A stretch of DNA of 64,000 bases from Podarcis erhardii (Eukaryota), in NCBI GenBank assembly GCA_964252035.1, contig OZ176200.1, one strand, 5' to 3'. The stretch's first letter is position 1, and the number at the start of each line of letters is the position of its first letter. Below the pieces are notes generated by a model, which saw only the letters and a program-made list of their open reading frames with translations, was not told where the DNA came from and made no database searches. The position numbers and the translations under genes were made by a program. Positions 23,936-37,029 of this stretch are shown in pieces.

Positions 23936-25472
23936 AGAAGCAAGTGTGGTGTAGTGGTTAAGAGCGATAGACTCGTAATCTGGGGAACCGGGTTCACGTC
24001 TCCGCTCCTCCACATGCAGCTGTTGGGTGTCCTTAGGCCAGTCACACTTCTCTGAAGTCTCTCAGCCCCACTCACCTCACAGAGTGTTTGTTGCGTGTCA
24101 ATACCCCTCCCCCCCCCCAGAAATAAAGACACAGGAGACGTTGATTAAGTTAATTGGGCATGAAAGGCCACAACTTTATTGATTAGAGAATTGAAGGTAT
24201 TGGCCTTAGGCATTGGCACCTATCCAATACCCGGCATGGTGACCGGGATGGGTTAACACGAACCGTGGGGGTCCTGTTGAAGTACGCCAACTAGGATCCC
24301 ACGGGTGTCACCGCTCAGGGGCGTGCCGGAGGCCCTTACCTTCCCAGGTTTCGGACAAGACAACGCCCCCCGGAGTCCTTTACCGGACTACCCCTTTTCT
24401 TGGGGAAGGTGATGGCGTACCTTCCCCCCGATCCATTTGCATAACAATTGAACCCCCAGCCAATGCCTAACCGCCAATACTAAAGAAAGTTGTGACGTTT
24501 GCTACGAGGTAGGCGAAAAAACCAAAAGGCCGTAAGTTCGCCAACTTGGAAAAATTCCTACCAGGCCCCTTGCGGCGACCAACCGAAGTCCATAGCAAGG
24601 TCATATCTACCTAAGCTAACCTATACCTAAGGGTGGGTGGGACGGGAAAACCTCTCAGCTGGCCAGGAGTGAAGAGGGTGGTCCCTGGGCGTGCCTGGCC
24701 TTAAGTATGCCAAGGCCACGCCTCCCCCAGCCCGCCGATTGGCGGACGGGTGGAAGGCACGCCCAGGGATTCCCCCAACTCTCGCGGGGGCAGCAGGCCA
24801 GCCCCCGCGCTTGGGGGGAGGGGCAAGACCGCAACCCCCTCTCTTCCCCCATGGGGTCAGAAATGGCTTTGCGTGTCAATACCCCTCCCTCCCCAGAAAT
24901 AAAGACACAGGAGACGTTGATTAAGTTAATTGGGCATGAAAGGCCACAACTTTATTGATTAGAGAATTGAAGGTATTGGCCTTAGGCATTGGCACCTATC
25001 CACTACCCGGCATGGTGACCGGGATGGGTTAACACGAACCGTGGGGGTCCTGTTGAAGTACGCCAACTAGGATCCCACGGGTGTCACCGCTCGGGGGCGT
25101 GCCGGAGGCCCTTACCTTCCCAGGTTTCGGACAAGACAACGCCCCCCGGAGTCCTTTACCGGACTACCCCTTTTCTTAAGAGGGTGGTCCCTGGGCGTGC
25201 CTGGCCTTAAGTATGCCAAGGCCACGCCTCCCCCAGCCCGCCGATTGGCGGACGGGTGGAAGGCACGCCCAGGGATTCCCCCAACTCTCGCGGGGGCAGC
25301 AGGCCAGCCCCCGCGCTTGGGGGGAGGGGCAAGACCGCAACCCCCTCTCTTCCCCCATGGGGTCAGAAATGGCTTTGTGGGGGAGGAAGGGAAAGGAGAA
25401 TGTTAGCCGCTTTGAGACTCCTACGGGTAGTGCTAAAGCAGGACATCAAATCCAAACTCTGCTTCTCTTCTA
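23936..25472 (+). mobile_element. tRNA-derived SINE with (CTT)n tail (Squam2-like), split by an insertion
   Basis: Box A TGGTGTAGTGG and box B-like GGGTTCAC; 5' half 23936-24093 and 3' half 25378-25472 reconstitute the intact copies at 51472 and 54158. Confidence 0.88.
24094..25377 (+). mobile_element. Non-autonomous split-direct-repeat element (A1-X-B1-A2-B2), probable Ngaro/PAT-type tyrosine-recombinase retrotransposon derivative
   Basis: A1 24094-24401 matches A2 24872-25177; B1 24672-24871 matches B2 25178-25377; unique X 24402-24671; TTG at both borders and at the internal B1/A2 junction; no TG..CA ends. Confidence 0.7.
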
Positions 25473-27278
25473 TGTACCAAAGGAGAGGTTACTGGAGGCA
25501 AATAGTACATCGCATCTAGAATCCACAGTTGGGGGGTCCTAGTACAGGGATGGTGAACCTGTGACCCTCCAGATAGTCTTGGACTCCAACTCCCATCAAC
25601 CCCAGCCAGCATGGACAATAGTCAGTGATGATGAGCGTTGTAGTCCAGCAACCTCTCCCCATCCTGGAATGCCTTAGACATTTGAGGTTGCCGTGGTCCA
25701 GAAACACATTTACAACAGAGATAAAGGATATTATGTTGTGTCGAAGTCTTCAGGTTTGGCCACATTTCTCGACAGCTTGGATTTATGAGTCAATTTGTAC
25801 AGTAGAGATACATCTCATCCACAAGTGTACAAGATCTTAGGAGTCCTAGCGTTTTGCAACTTCTAAGTGAAGTGCAGCCATCAAGGAGATTATCAGGTCC
25901 TAACAAAGAGGTAAACCTGTATACCCAGTCTCTTCTGAAAGCTTACGAGCTAATCTCTTAATGGATGCAATGGGGCCACTATTCAGGTGCCTTCAGCTCT
26001 GCAGTTCTCTGATCTCTTGTGAAATATAACTTTGCTTTTAGCATTTTGATTCTCATAGATTTTTCTAAGGATATCAACTTTGTTTCCAATTTAAAGAATG
26101 TGCAACATGCAGCATTGAGCATGCGGATATTTGGGCTCTTACATTTTTATTGTTTACCATAAAGAAGCACTTAGGAAAATTGGAACGCATTATGCTCATG
26201 TATTTACACTGCATGGAAAGCACTATTAGAAATGTCACTGTTTTTACATTGATGAAAAATAAGATTAACAATTTAAAGGAAACACAGTGCACAAGGTTTG
26301 CTGTTCAAGATTTGTCATTGGGATTTTTATTCTGTTTAATTTTGCTGGGGGGATTTTTTCAGTGTCATTTGAACATCTTCTTAATTCTTTATTTATTTCC
26401 AATTAATCGAATAACCTTTATCTATTTCCAAATAATCACAATCATACTCAAACCATATCAATTTCAGTGAGAGAGTTAATGTTGAGTAAACCTTCCTAGG
26501 CACGTACTATGGACTTAGCTGCATTAGTCAAGAAAAAGCATTTTAAAAGCGTTATAACACTGATACCCCAGATGGCACTGTGGAATTCCATCTTTTGGCA
26601 ACGTGATTTCCCGTTATGAGGTTTACAACACATTTTCCTTATTTTTATTTTTTTAATGTGCCTAAATCCAGCCTATATCTCAAGCCCTGTTCAGGTTTTG
26701 TACCCCACTCAATCACCATTCTCACAAGACTCCACATGAACTTGTGTAACAGGGAGTCTTTTCCATTCAAAGCATTTTTATATCACTTTAAAAGCCATGG
26801 TTTCTTTTCCGCCTCGAAGAATCCCAGGATCTGGTGAAGGGTGCTGAGAAGCTATCATTAGGAGAACCTTATTCCCCTCACAAAGCTACAGTTTCCAGAG
26901 TTTCCTAGGAAGAGGGGTTGACTTTTAAACCATACTGTGAATTGTAGCTCTGTGAGGGGTATAGGTGCCCGCTAACAACTCCCAGCGCTTTTAGCAAACT
27001 GGATTCTTTCAGACAGGGAACCACGACTGGTAAAGTGCTGAGATGAGAAGTCTGGAGATGATCCTCCAGACTTCTGAATTGTGTGAAGAGCCTTGCATGC
27101 CGCTATGTTTTACTCAGAGTAGAGCCACTGAAATCGATGACCCCAAGTTAGCCATGCCTGTTAATTGCAGTGGGTCTACTCTGAGTTGGGCTTGCACTGA
27201 ACACAACTCTAAATGAGAGGTGCAAGCTCCCTGCTGCAGAAGAGCAACCCTCTCAGCATGTGGAGGAGTGCAAAAGCA

Positions 27279-27308
27279 GTGGTGGTGGTGGTGATGATGA
27301 TGATGATG

Positions 27309-27355
<47 letters not shown>
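27279..27355 (+). repeat. Compound (GGT)n(GAT)n(AAT)n microsatellite (L2 tail)
   Basis: Seen directly; continues into the L2 3' end. Confidence 0.95.
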
Positions 27356-27700
27356 TTATCATTTATACCCCACCCATCTGGCTGGGTTTCCCCAGCCACT
27401 CTGGGCAGCTCCCAACAGAATATTAAAAACACGATAAAACATCAACATTTAAAAGCTTCCCTAAACAGGGCTGCCTTCAGATGTCTTCTCAAAGTCAGAT
27501 AGTTGTATATTTTCTTGACATCTGATGGGAGAGCGTTCCACAGGGCGGGTGCCACTACCGAGAAGGCCCTCTGCCTGGTTCCCTATAACCCCACTTCTCA
27601 CAGGAAGGGAACTGCCAGAAGACCCTCGGAGCTGGACCTCAGTGTCTGGGCTGAATGATGGGGGGTGGAGATGCTCCTTCAGATATACTGGGCTGAGGCT
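27311..27700 (-). mobile_element. L2 LINE 3' end
   Basis: (AAT)n tail, ataccccacccatctggctgggtttccccagcc, then ccctaaacagggctgccttcagatgtcttct...gaaggccctctgcctggttccc; shared with 38519-38870 and 43231-43468. Confidence 0.9.
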
Positions 27701-29159
27701 GCTGCTGATGCAGCACAGGGGTCTGGGCCAAATATCCCTCTCCCTCTCTCCCCCTATCTGATCGCAATGGTGCAGGGTGAAAAATAGGGTTTTTCTGACC
27801 GGAATCAATGGAAGTGGAAAGTGTTTATCTGCAGCTATATTGTGCACTATATTTTCTGATTAGCTTCATGTTGTGGTTTTTCTTTATCCATCAGGGGCTC
27901 GTAATTCATAGGGAACTGCAACTGTAAATGCTTTTTAGTTGAATGCAACTTGAACACCAAAACAATTTAAAAAGTGAAGTGCAAGACACAGTTCTGGGTA
28001 GACCCACACCAGCACATTCAGCGCACATTTAAAGAACATGACTTCTCACAGTTAATCCTGGGAACTGTAGTTTGTTAAGGGTGCTGGGAATCACAGTTTT
28101 GTGGTGGGAAACTACACTTCACAAGATTCTTTTGAGGAAGTCATGTGCTTTAAATGTTGGTTGGTTGTGCTTTAGATGTATGGTGTGGTTGGAAGCAGCA
28201 GAAGTTAATCTCACCTCCAGAACAGCACACATGGGAGGGAAGAAAGTGGTAAAACAGTAGATCAGGAGTAGCCAACGGGGTGTTCTCCATGTACTGTTAG
28301 ACTACAACTCCCATCAGCCCTTGTCAGCATGGCCAATGGTCATGAATGATGGGAACTAGAGTCCAACAACATCCAAAGGACACCACATTGGCTACCTCTT
28401 GACTAGCTCATTCACACAATTGGCCAGCGATGCTGTGGCATCCTTTTGGGCAAAAGCTAATTAGAATTGGCATAATGGAGAAAATGGGGGGAAAGAGGCC
28501 AGAAGCTGCTTTGATATTTCCAATAATATCGCTTGGGAAAACTGAGATGAGAAGAAAACAATTCAAATGTGATTAACACTGAGGGACATGGTGATGCAAT
28601 ATGAAGGAACATGCAGAGAGGATAGAGATTCGAAATATGAATCTAATTGGGAAGAAAGTCTTGCATTTCAATCTCAGTGTAGAGATGGACAGATCAATCA
28701 GTTTCCAGTCCATGACACTTTCACATGCCCCCATTCCTAATTCACAAGTCTTCTCTAAATTTATAAGTCCCTTGATGATTTGGGTCCAGGATCAGTGAGA
28801 TCTTTGGGGGAGACTCTGCTAGTGGTCCTCCATGGCTCAGATGCATAGCTCACAACCACCAAGAGCCATGCATTGAATACTGTGGGCCCAGTCCTGTGGA
28901 TAGGCCCCCACCCTGTTGAACTTCTGGCACTTGGTGAAGACCTTTCTTATTTCACCAGGTTTAAATAAGTTTTTTTCTGATTGTGTGAGTTAATTTTAAC
29001 TGGTCTGTCTTTATTGTATGTTTTGTAATTGTACATCCCTTAGAAGCTATAGTGTTAAGTGATATATAAATTGTGGAAAATAATAACACTAACAATAATA
29101 AATCCATTTCATCCCATTATTACATCAATTTGCCATTTTAAAAAATCTTCATGAGAATA

Positions 29160-29385
29160 CAGTGGTACCTCGGGTTACATACGCTTCAGGTTACAGACTC
29201 CGCTAACCCAGAAATAGTACCTTGGGTTAAGAACTTTGCTTCAGGATGAGAACAGAAATCGGGCTCCGGCAGCACGGCAGCAGCAGGAGGCCCCATTATC
29301 TAAAGTGGTGCTTCAGGTTAAGAACAGTTTCAAGTTAAGAATGGACCTCCGGAACGAATTAAGTACGTAACCAGAGGTACCACTG
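29160..29385. mobile_element. Tigger/pogo-like MITE, complete (opposite orientation to 15705)
   Basis: TA|CAGTGGTACCTCGGGTTA...AGAGGTACCACTG|TA. Confidence 0.92.
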
Positions 29386-29596
29386 TAGTCATTATTTAAA
29401 CGTGTATTTTTCCAAATATGCATTGTTGACTCATGTATCTTATCATAAAACATGCATTTCAAGTGTATCTTTTGAGCCAAAACCTGAATTGCAAAATCTG
29501 AAGAAATGTGGATTTTGTAGGATTAGTGCTTATTAGTGCAAAATCCTGAGGATAACTATGTTTTGATCCACACATTAGCCTGGGAGGTGTAGATTA

Positions 29597-30933
29597 CCGT
29601 AAATTTCGCTCCATAACACGCAGATTTTTCCTCCTAGAAAGTAAGGGGAAATGTCTGTGCGTGTTATGGAGCGAATGCCTACAGATGGCGGGGGAATCTG
29701 CTGCAGTTGTGAGCAGTCCGTGGCTCGCTTTGAAACAGCAAAGCAGGTGTAAGCGGCTCCTGTCAGCGAGCCGAGCTGGGGAGGAGGGAGAGAAGCAGAG
29801 CAGGGTTGGCTGCTTTAAAACAACCCTGTCCTCTATGTTCCTCTCTCCTCCCCACTGATCTGCTAAGTAGCAGCAAAGCTTTTCAGCCAGCCTAGCCGGG
29901 AGGAGGGAGAGAAGCAGAGCGGGGTTGGCTGCTTTAAAACAACCCCCTGCTCTCTGTCCCTGCCTGCAGTTTTTTGCTGTCCGATTTTGGATTAGCCACT
30001 ATAGGGGCTGTGTGTGTGTGTGCTTGAGCTATGGTTCTCCTCCTCCTGCTTCCCCTTCGCTCTCCCTGGCTCTCCCTCCGACTTTAGAATTGACACTCTG
30101 TGTGTCTGTGTGTGTGTGCTTGAGCTATCGTTCTCCTCCTCCTGCTTCCCCTTCGCTCTCCCTGCGCCCCTGCGCTCTCCCTCCGACTTTAGAATTGACA
30201 CTCTGTGTGTCTCTGTGTGTGTGAGGGCTCCTTCTCCTTCTCTTGCTTCCCGTTCACTCCCCCAGCGCCCCTGCGACTTCCAGTGCCCTGCGACTTTAGG
30301 GCCAGTTCTCTCTCTGTGTGTGTGTGTGTTTTGACCTCACTGCGCTTGTTGGGGGAGAGTGTTGGTCGCAATTTTTCTTGATTTGTCTCAGAGTGGTTAC
30401 TATCATGGTTTCCTTGCCGGGGAGGAGGGAGAGACACAGAGCCTGCTTGTTCTAAAGGAGCAAAGCCGGAGAGGAGCCTCTCCTGCATTATCAGCAGCAT
30501 CCTTCTCCACACCCCCCACGCGTGCTCCTTGTCCCTTGAGTTCTTTTCCTTCCCTCCCCACTTAAAACATGGTTACAAAGCACGGATCCACATGGATCCT
30601 CAGGATTTTTGCACTAGGTCACCCCAAATTCACCATCAGATCACATAGCATGTCCATGGCTACAGCCTGCACCAAAAAACACACGCACCCACTGTTTCAT
30701 GGGTCCGCAATGGCGCAAAAACGTGGTTACAAAGCATGGATCCACATGGATCCTCAGGATTTTTGCATTGGGCTACCCCAAACTCACCGTCAGATCACAT
30801 GTCTGTGGCCACAGCATGAACCACAAAAATCATACATCCACTGTTTCGTTTAGAATATTTTTTTCTTGTTTTCCTCCTCTAAAAACTACGTGCGTGTTAT
30901 GGTCAGGTGCGTGTTATAGAGCGAAAAATACGG
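29597..30933. mobile_element. Tc2-like (Tc1/mariner superfamily) non-autonomous element, 1.34 kb, with internal repeats
   Basis: TA|CCGTAAATTTCGCTCCATAACACGCA...TGCGTGTTATAGAGCGAAAAATACGG|TA; several internally duplicated blocks; no transposase ORF. Confidence 0.88.
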
Positions 30934-33900
30934 TAAATCAGTTTGTATCAGAATTTGCAAAGTCCTCAAGCATCCCTATCTCAGAGTAACATGTTTTACA
31001 GATGCAAGACTGGCCCTAGAGAGTCTATTCACATTACGTTGATAGAACATTGATAGAAATTTTGTGTTAACACTGCTACATTCCACTTAAGATTTTTTCA
31101 ATAAATAGTACCAGCACAGCTACTGCACATGTAATCAAACAGAGACTGACTTCATACTTATTTGGTGGTAGTATAAATATGCAGGATTCTTCTGGGAAAT
31201 GTATAAGAGATAATTGGATATGAAATCCCATTAAGACCCGCAGTAATTCACTGGGTAACTCTACCATTAGAATATTGTGGGGGAAATGCACAGGAATCTA
31301 GTTGGGGGTTAATTAACTGCTGCCCAAAGCTTGCTCACAAAATACTGGAAGCAGAGAAAACTACCTGCCTTCAATGAAGGTATTGATTAAGAAACTGTTG
31401 CATAGCACAGTAGCATTTACACATTTTGAAGGCATCTGGGAAGGCTAAATTTACTCTGGTGAGTTCGTCTTAGAACAATCAAGTCCTAATATTTATATGA
31501 ATTTTTGCCCTGCTTTCTACTGCATATGCATGACTCATGGTGGCTCACAAAAAAAAAATTAAAAAAAACAGATGGCAAATTTATAATAAAACCCCAATAT
31601 CAAAACAAAATACAGTCAATTCAAGAAAATACACCAGAGTACCATAGAACAGCATAGAATAGAATACACATTAGAATACATACAAATAAATGGTGCAAAT
31701 CTGAGGAGGGATTTACAGTTGCCTTGGAGCCATGTTTTCTAGCTTTCATAGAGCATAGAGTCAGTGTGGAAATAGTTATACAGTATCAGGGACCTCTAGC
31801 GAGGGACAAAGGTAAATGGCATAAATTATTGAGTGTTTGTTCTTCTGAATAGCTTTTTTGCATACCGCCCCCTCCCCCTTGATTTTCCATGCCTTTCACT
31901 CTTCCCTCTTGGGTTGCTTTTGTTTTAATTTTGATTATGTATTTTGTATTTTTATACTGCGATTTTATCCTGTGAACTTCCCTGAAACCTGCGGGTATAG
32001 GGTGGTCTACAAATTTTAATAATAATAGATGCAGGGCTGGAAGATAGCACTAGACAGACAGTCAGTACTCACTATGATATGTGTGCTTCTGTGGTCGCTC
32101 AAGATTGCTTGCATTATTCTAATTATATATTAAAAAATCAATAAAGGTTAAATATTAAGATGTTGATTAATCTGAAGAAATAAGATTAGCTTCAGTTTAC
32201 TAATCTGGTTTTAAGGGTGATTGTTTAAGGGTGTGATCCTGTGCTAGAGATAAGCCGGCTGAGGATTCAGTTGAAGTCCTGCTGTACCAATGGAAAAGTA
32301 GCTATGCTGCTGCAGTGACCGAGATGCCAAAGAAACTTGGTGCTGGTAAAGCCATTCTGCCAGTCACTGGTGGAATGAATGAAATGGGGTGGAATCCTAG
32401 GCAGAACTTGGGTCCTGTGTGATTTATTGTAAACCACAATATTTCAAAATTTCTAAGTAGCAAACAACAATAACCTACAGTAAAAGACTATTTTTAAAAA
32501 AAAAAAAAAAGAATTCAGTAATAACAGGGTGTAGTCCTATGGACAGGGTAAACCTGAACAAAAAATTATGTCTTTACAAGCAAATGATAGATGATGCTTC
32601 ATGTATGGGAGTGGGAAGGGACAATTAAAAATTCCTGTTCCCAGGCCATCCACTATAGTTTAGGATGAGACAGTCCTTCATTGGCTGCTTATGTTTCCCT
32701 GGTCAGGTGTGTCAATTAGTGCCTGGTGGCTGTCCACTTCTTTCACACAAGGAATTTGGTCAAAACAGCAGAATGTGTGGAAAGTAACACAGCTAAGTAA
32801 TAAGTAGGTGAGTGTTCTTGATGGTGATGGGGGAATCTTGAGGCTTGCCAACCAGAGGTGTGCAACACAGGGAATGGGATACATAACCTCTTTGAGGCCA
32901 ACTTGTCTCTCCCACCAAGAGTTATGGAAGAGAGAGAGACTCAGGAGGTCCTCACTCAACCCCTAAACAGGTGTGGTCCAAGGGAAGGAAGCGTTTGAGA
33001 AGTGAATAACTACAAGATGTCTCCTGCATAGCAAGTACCTCACACAGTGGGTGGGTTCAAAGGAATGAGTTCCATCAGCAGAACCCCACACTAGGAATTC
33101 TACTTGTGCAATGGGGCTTTCCCCCTCTCCTCCCCTCATGTACATGCCCTGAAATTGGATTGGGGGGGGGGTGGAAGAACCCCCCCCCAAAAAAAAACCA
33201 GCACATGGGTGGAGAGGGAAGGGCAATTCCATCTGACAAGCTGAAAAGCTTGCATTGATGGAACAATGGCCATAGACGTTCCTCCCAGCTTCAGGATTGT
33301 TGCTGATCCTGTAAAGTGAAATGCAGGTTTTTCCCTAGTTAAACCAATGGCATATATCATGTCTTGTTCTTCTGGTTGTGATCACAATCATATAGTTCTG
33401 TCCTTCCATTGTTTAGGACTGCTGGAGAACCAGAAGACAAATAACCTTTGGGTATCATTCATTAGTATCCACCATATCTCTTTCTACAGACAGTTGGCAT
33501 TGAACTGGCATCCTGGGTTCACCTTGCTGAGTACTTTGTTCTTGGAAAGACTGTTCCAATTAATATGCATTGATATTGCTCCCACCCACCCACCCCTCAA
33601 GCATTGTATTGGGCCTTAAAATGAAAGATAATGCAATTTTCCATTACTTAATGTGACCCCTTTTGGGATGCATTGAAGATCTGATGGCAATTTTTCATTT
33701 TACTGCTCAAGTATAAGATGGCCATTCACATTTAATCATATCAACAGATTACCTCAATGAATGCAAATGTGTTATATAATCTTTAAATAAATGAATATCA
33801 ATATGTTGTAGAGTAACCAAGGTAATTGCATATTGATAACAGTTATTATCATATGTCATGGTTGCCAGCAGAAAATGCACTTGTATTTTTTTAATAAGGT

Positions 33901-34274
33901 GCAATAAGATGGTCTATTTTGAGCTGATAGAAAAGCTATTTCCCATACATAATATGGCATCATTTTAATATAGCCGACAGACCCAGAGCGTAGATAAAAT
34001 GCAAAATGTAAACTTGTGAATTGCAAGATTTTATAGTCTTTTGAAACTGGGCTGGATATTACGAAGGCCTTAGCATAGCTAATATGTAGAGGAGTCATTA
34101 TCTGAAGCAGGCTGCAGAAGTTTCCATTCCGCTCACCCACCATAGCTGATAACAGGAACAAGCCCATTACTATGAATTTATACAACAAGATATAGATCAG
34201 ATTTGGTGTTGTACTTTATTACAGTTTGCAAAGTAATCTGAAAGACACTAGAGAAAGAAGAAGAAAATTCTACT

Positions 34275-34282
<8 letters not shown>

Positions 34283-34317
<35 letters not shown>

Positions 34318-34345
34318 TACACACACACACACAAACACACAAACA
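34283..34345 (+). repeat. (CT)n(CA)n compound microsatellite
   Basis: Seen directly. Confidence 0.9.
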
Positions 34346-35292
34346 CCTATACATGTGTCTTATCCGTAACAATCAGCCACTAGTTCCATTCTGCAACAAC
34401 ACTTTCATGCTCTCTCTTCCTGCTGCAGCCCCTTGTGCCTTCCAAAAAGCCATTTTTAAGGATTGGGGACCTGCAACATGATGTGTGATGAAGGAAATTT
34501 GGTGGCATTGGGATTTGAATGAGCAGAAATTGAAGAGCTCTGCCTGCTTGTGCTTCTTCGTTTGATTGTGGAGGCTCTTTGGATACAAGCCAATGTGTTT
34601 GGCAATATCAAGTCCTAAAGCATAAAAGGTCTCCCAAAAGTGGGCCAGAATTCCTCTTTGATGCACACAAGAATCTCTGTACAGGCAGCATGCCACATTC
34701 AATGAAAGCATACTGTGCCGTGTACAATTAGGCCCCTATCCGCCACATGTTCATCCAACCTATTGAACACAACCTATGTACTTTGTTCAGAAGGTTGGGT
34801 GCAAGAACAGAGGTTCATTGAGAGGTCTGTGGCTGTACTCCTCACCTTCCGCATGTTCCTCTTTGCAACAAATCTCTCTCTTGTCATTATATATGAGTAC
34901 AGCACATAAAACGGACACTGTACTTCATTTTCCTCTCCTTACCATTAATGGACATTTTCCTCTCCTTACCATTAATGCTGCACACATTTCTGATGTGGCA
35001 AAGGCAACATGAGATTCTTTCATCTCATTAGTTTTATACTAATTTGCCCTAAGCCTGATAGAGGTAATACTCAGCAGGCTTCCTCCGGCCACTGTCCTTG
35101 GTGAGATGAATGTACAGTAACTCCCCTGCCCAGCTCAGTAGCTGGGAATCTAGACACCTAGCCTTGGCTAGATTAACTTAGTGGAGTTGGAGAGCTGGGA
35201 AAAAAATTCACACCTGGTAACCAATGCTCCCCTTGGGTTTCAGACAGTACGTGGGTAGATGAGTCTAAAAAGCCTGCAATGCAAATTTTCAT

Positions 35293-35308
35293 GGCCCTCT
35301 AGTGGCCA
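35293..35308 (-). promoter_or_regulatory. Candidate CTCF site
   Basis: Minus strand TGGCCACTAGAGGGCC, a close match to the CCASYAGRKGGC core. Confidence 0.5.
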
Positions 35309-35541
35309 TGGTGGCTAATGTAATGTATTTAGTCTTAACTCTGGGCATGTATACTTGATTCTGACTAAACTATTGATGGTACTAGCCATGGCTAATGGGA
35401 GTTGGAGCCCAATATTTGACTTGGCAGCACATCGACTATCCCTGATCTAAGATGGCTTTATAATCTGTTTTTGGCACAGCATTATAAAGAAGAAATGAAA
35501 AAGAGGCATAGTGGAGCAAAATACCATGTATCGGAACAATG

Positions 35542-35685
35542 GTTCACCCACAATTTAGATCACACACTGAATAACTAGTATCAGCTATGTAAGCAGTTCA
35601 ATAAATACATTTCAGTTCACCCACAATTCAGATCACACACTGGATAACTAGTATCAGCTATGCAAACAGTTTGATAAATACATTT
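35542..35685 (+). repeat. 73-bp tandem duplication
   Basis: gttcacccacaatt...ataaatacattt twice (copies start 35542 and 35615), few substitutions. Confidence 0.92.
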
Positions 35686-37029
35686 TCCCAATAACTTCTC
35701 AATATGAGGCCTGTCCAAAACTCTATATCAGGAACACTAGTGATATGAGAATGGGATGTAGGAATTTTCCTATTTCACAATGAAATGCAAGTGTATATTC
35801 TGAAAAATGGTGCCCTTATTATACAGCATGATCGCAAGCACATTTCTCCCAATGAAAATACCGCTGCGTTCAACTACCTATGTGTAAATGAGTGTAAGAT
35901 GGAAACCATGGAGATATGTACATCTGTACTTTAAAAAAAATCATCCTAAACCCATTTTTAAAGTGTTCTACTCTAATAATTTATTTTTAGTTTCTTTTTG
36001 TTGTTGTTATTGGTAAATAACCCTCCATGCCTTATTTCACAGAGATGAAAAAGTCATTGATTAGCAACTACTTCTTGCAGTGATTCATATCAAATAATGT
36101 ATGAATTTGAGTGCATGCAACTTTCAGCCTAGCCCTATAGACCGACTTCTGACAGGGCTGGGTGGGGCTCTTGTGCAATAAAAACTGGATCATGCTAAAG
36201 TCTGGCATGAAAATTTATTTATCTCCGTGTGCTCAGCTGAGAAACACTGTTGGCCTTAAACAGTGCAATTCTTTACATGTCTGCTGAAAAGATAGCTGAG
36301 TCCGTGGACGATTGTTCCCAGGTAAATGTTCATATCTGTGTGTGTAGGATTGTAGTCAAACAGTGCAAACATAGGCATGTCTACTCAAAAGCAAACTTCA
36401 CTAAATTAATTGGAACTTACTCCTAGTCAGTATGTGTAGAATTCTAGTAACTTGTGCATATGCATGCTTGCTCAAAATTAAGCCACACAATATTGAATAG
36501 GCTTTACTCCCAGGTAAATATGCACATGACTACAACCCTGGGATTCAAGAAGATCCAACAATTCTGATCAACAAAATCCCCCACTTTTTTCCTCCCCCTC
36601 CCCCGCAAGGCTTTTCCATTTGTTTCACTAGCATAAGAAAAGGATTTGTCATAATAACCTTCAAATGTTCACTCTTTCCATCTTTTACTAGTTTGTGCTG
36701 TCAGCACTCTCAAAATGCCTTTTCCCAACAAACCTTCCTATCCTTCACTTCTAATAAATCGGTATCTATCCTAATAATTAGCTGTTCAGGATTTTTCTGT
36801 GTTTTATGGTAGTGTCACTTTTCTGCATGAATGCTCTTGTCCAAATTGTGCCTGATGTTTGCATATATTCCAGCTTGATATGTTTTTCAGTATCTGTGTT
36901 TCTAACATCAGCTTATGCAATTGTGTAGCAAATAAATAGATGTATGTAGAATGAATTTGGAGGCTGTGTGGAATCAGTTATGAATTAATGAGATCAGGGA
37001 TGATCAGGATTCGTATTAATAACTTCAGG

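Noticed and set aside
23941-24010. tRNA gene (also 51480 and 54165)
   Set aside because: Box A/B are present but continue into a SINE body and tail; these are SINE heads, not cloverleaf tRNAs.
24655-25542. Overlapping GC-rich ORFs in the duplicated block
   Set aside because: Short, duplicated with repeat B and with no recognisable domain; artefacts of GC content.
29925-30565. ORFs of 69-107 aa
   Set aside because: Lie within the low-complexity repeats of the Tc2-like element.
34140-34240. Minus-strand exon with strong acceptor and GTGAGC donor
   Set aside because: All three frames contain stops; nothing supports a non-coding exon.
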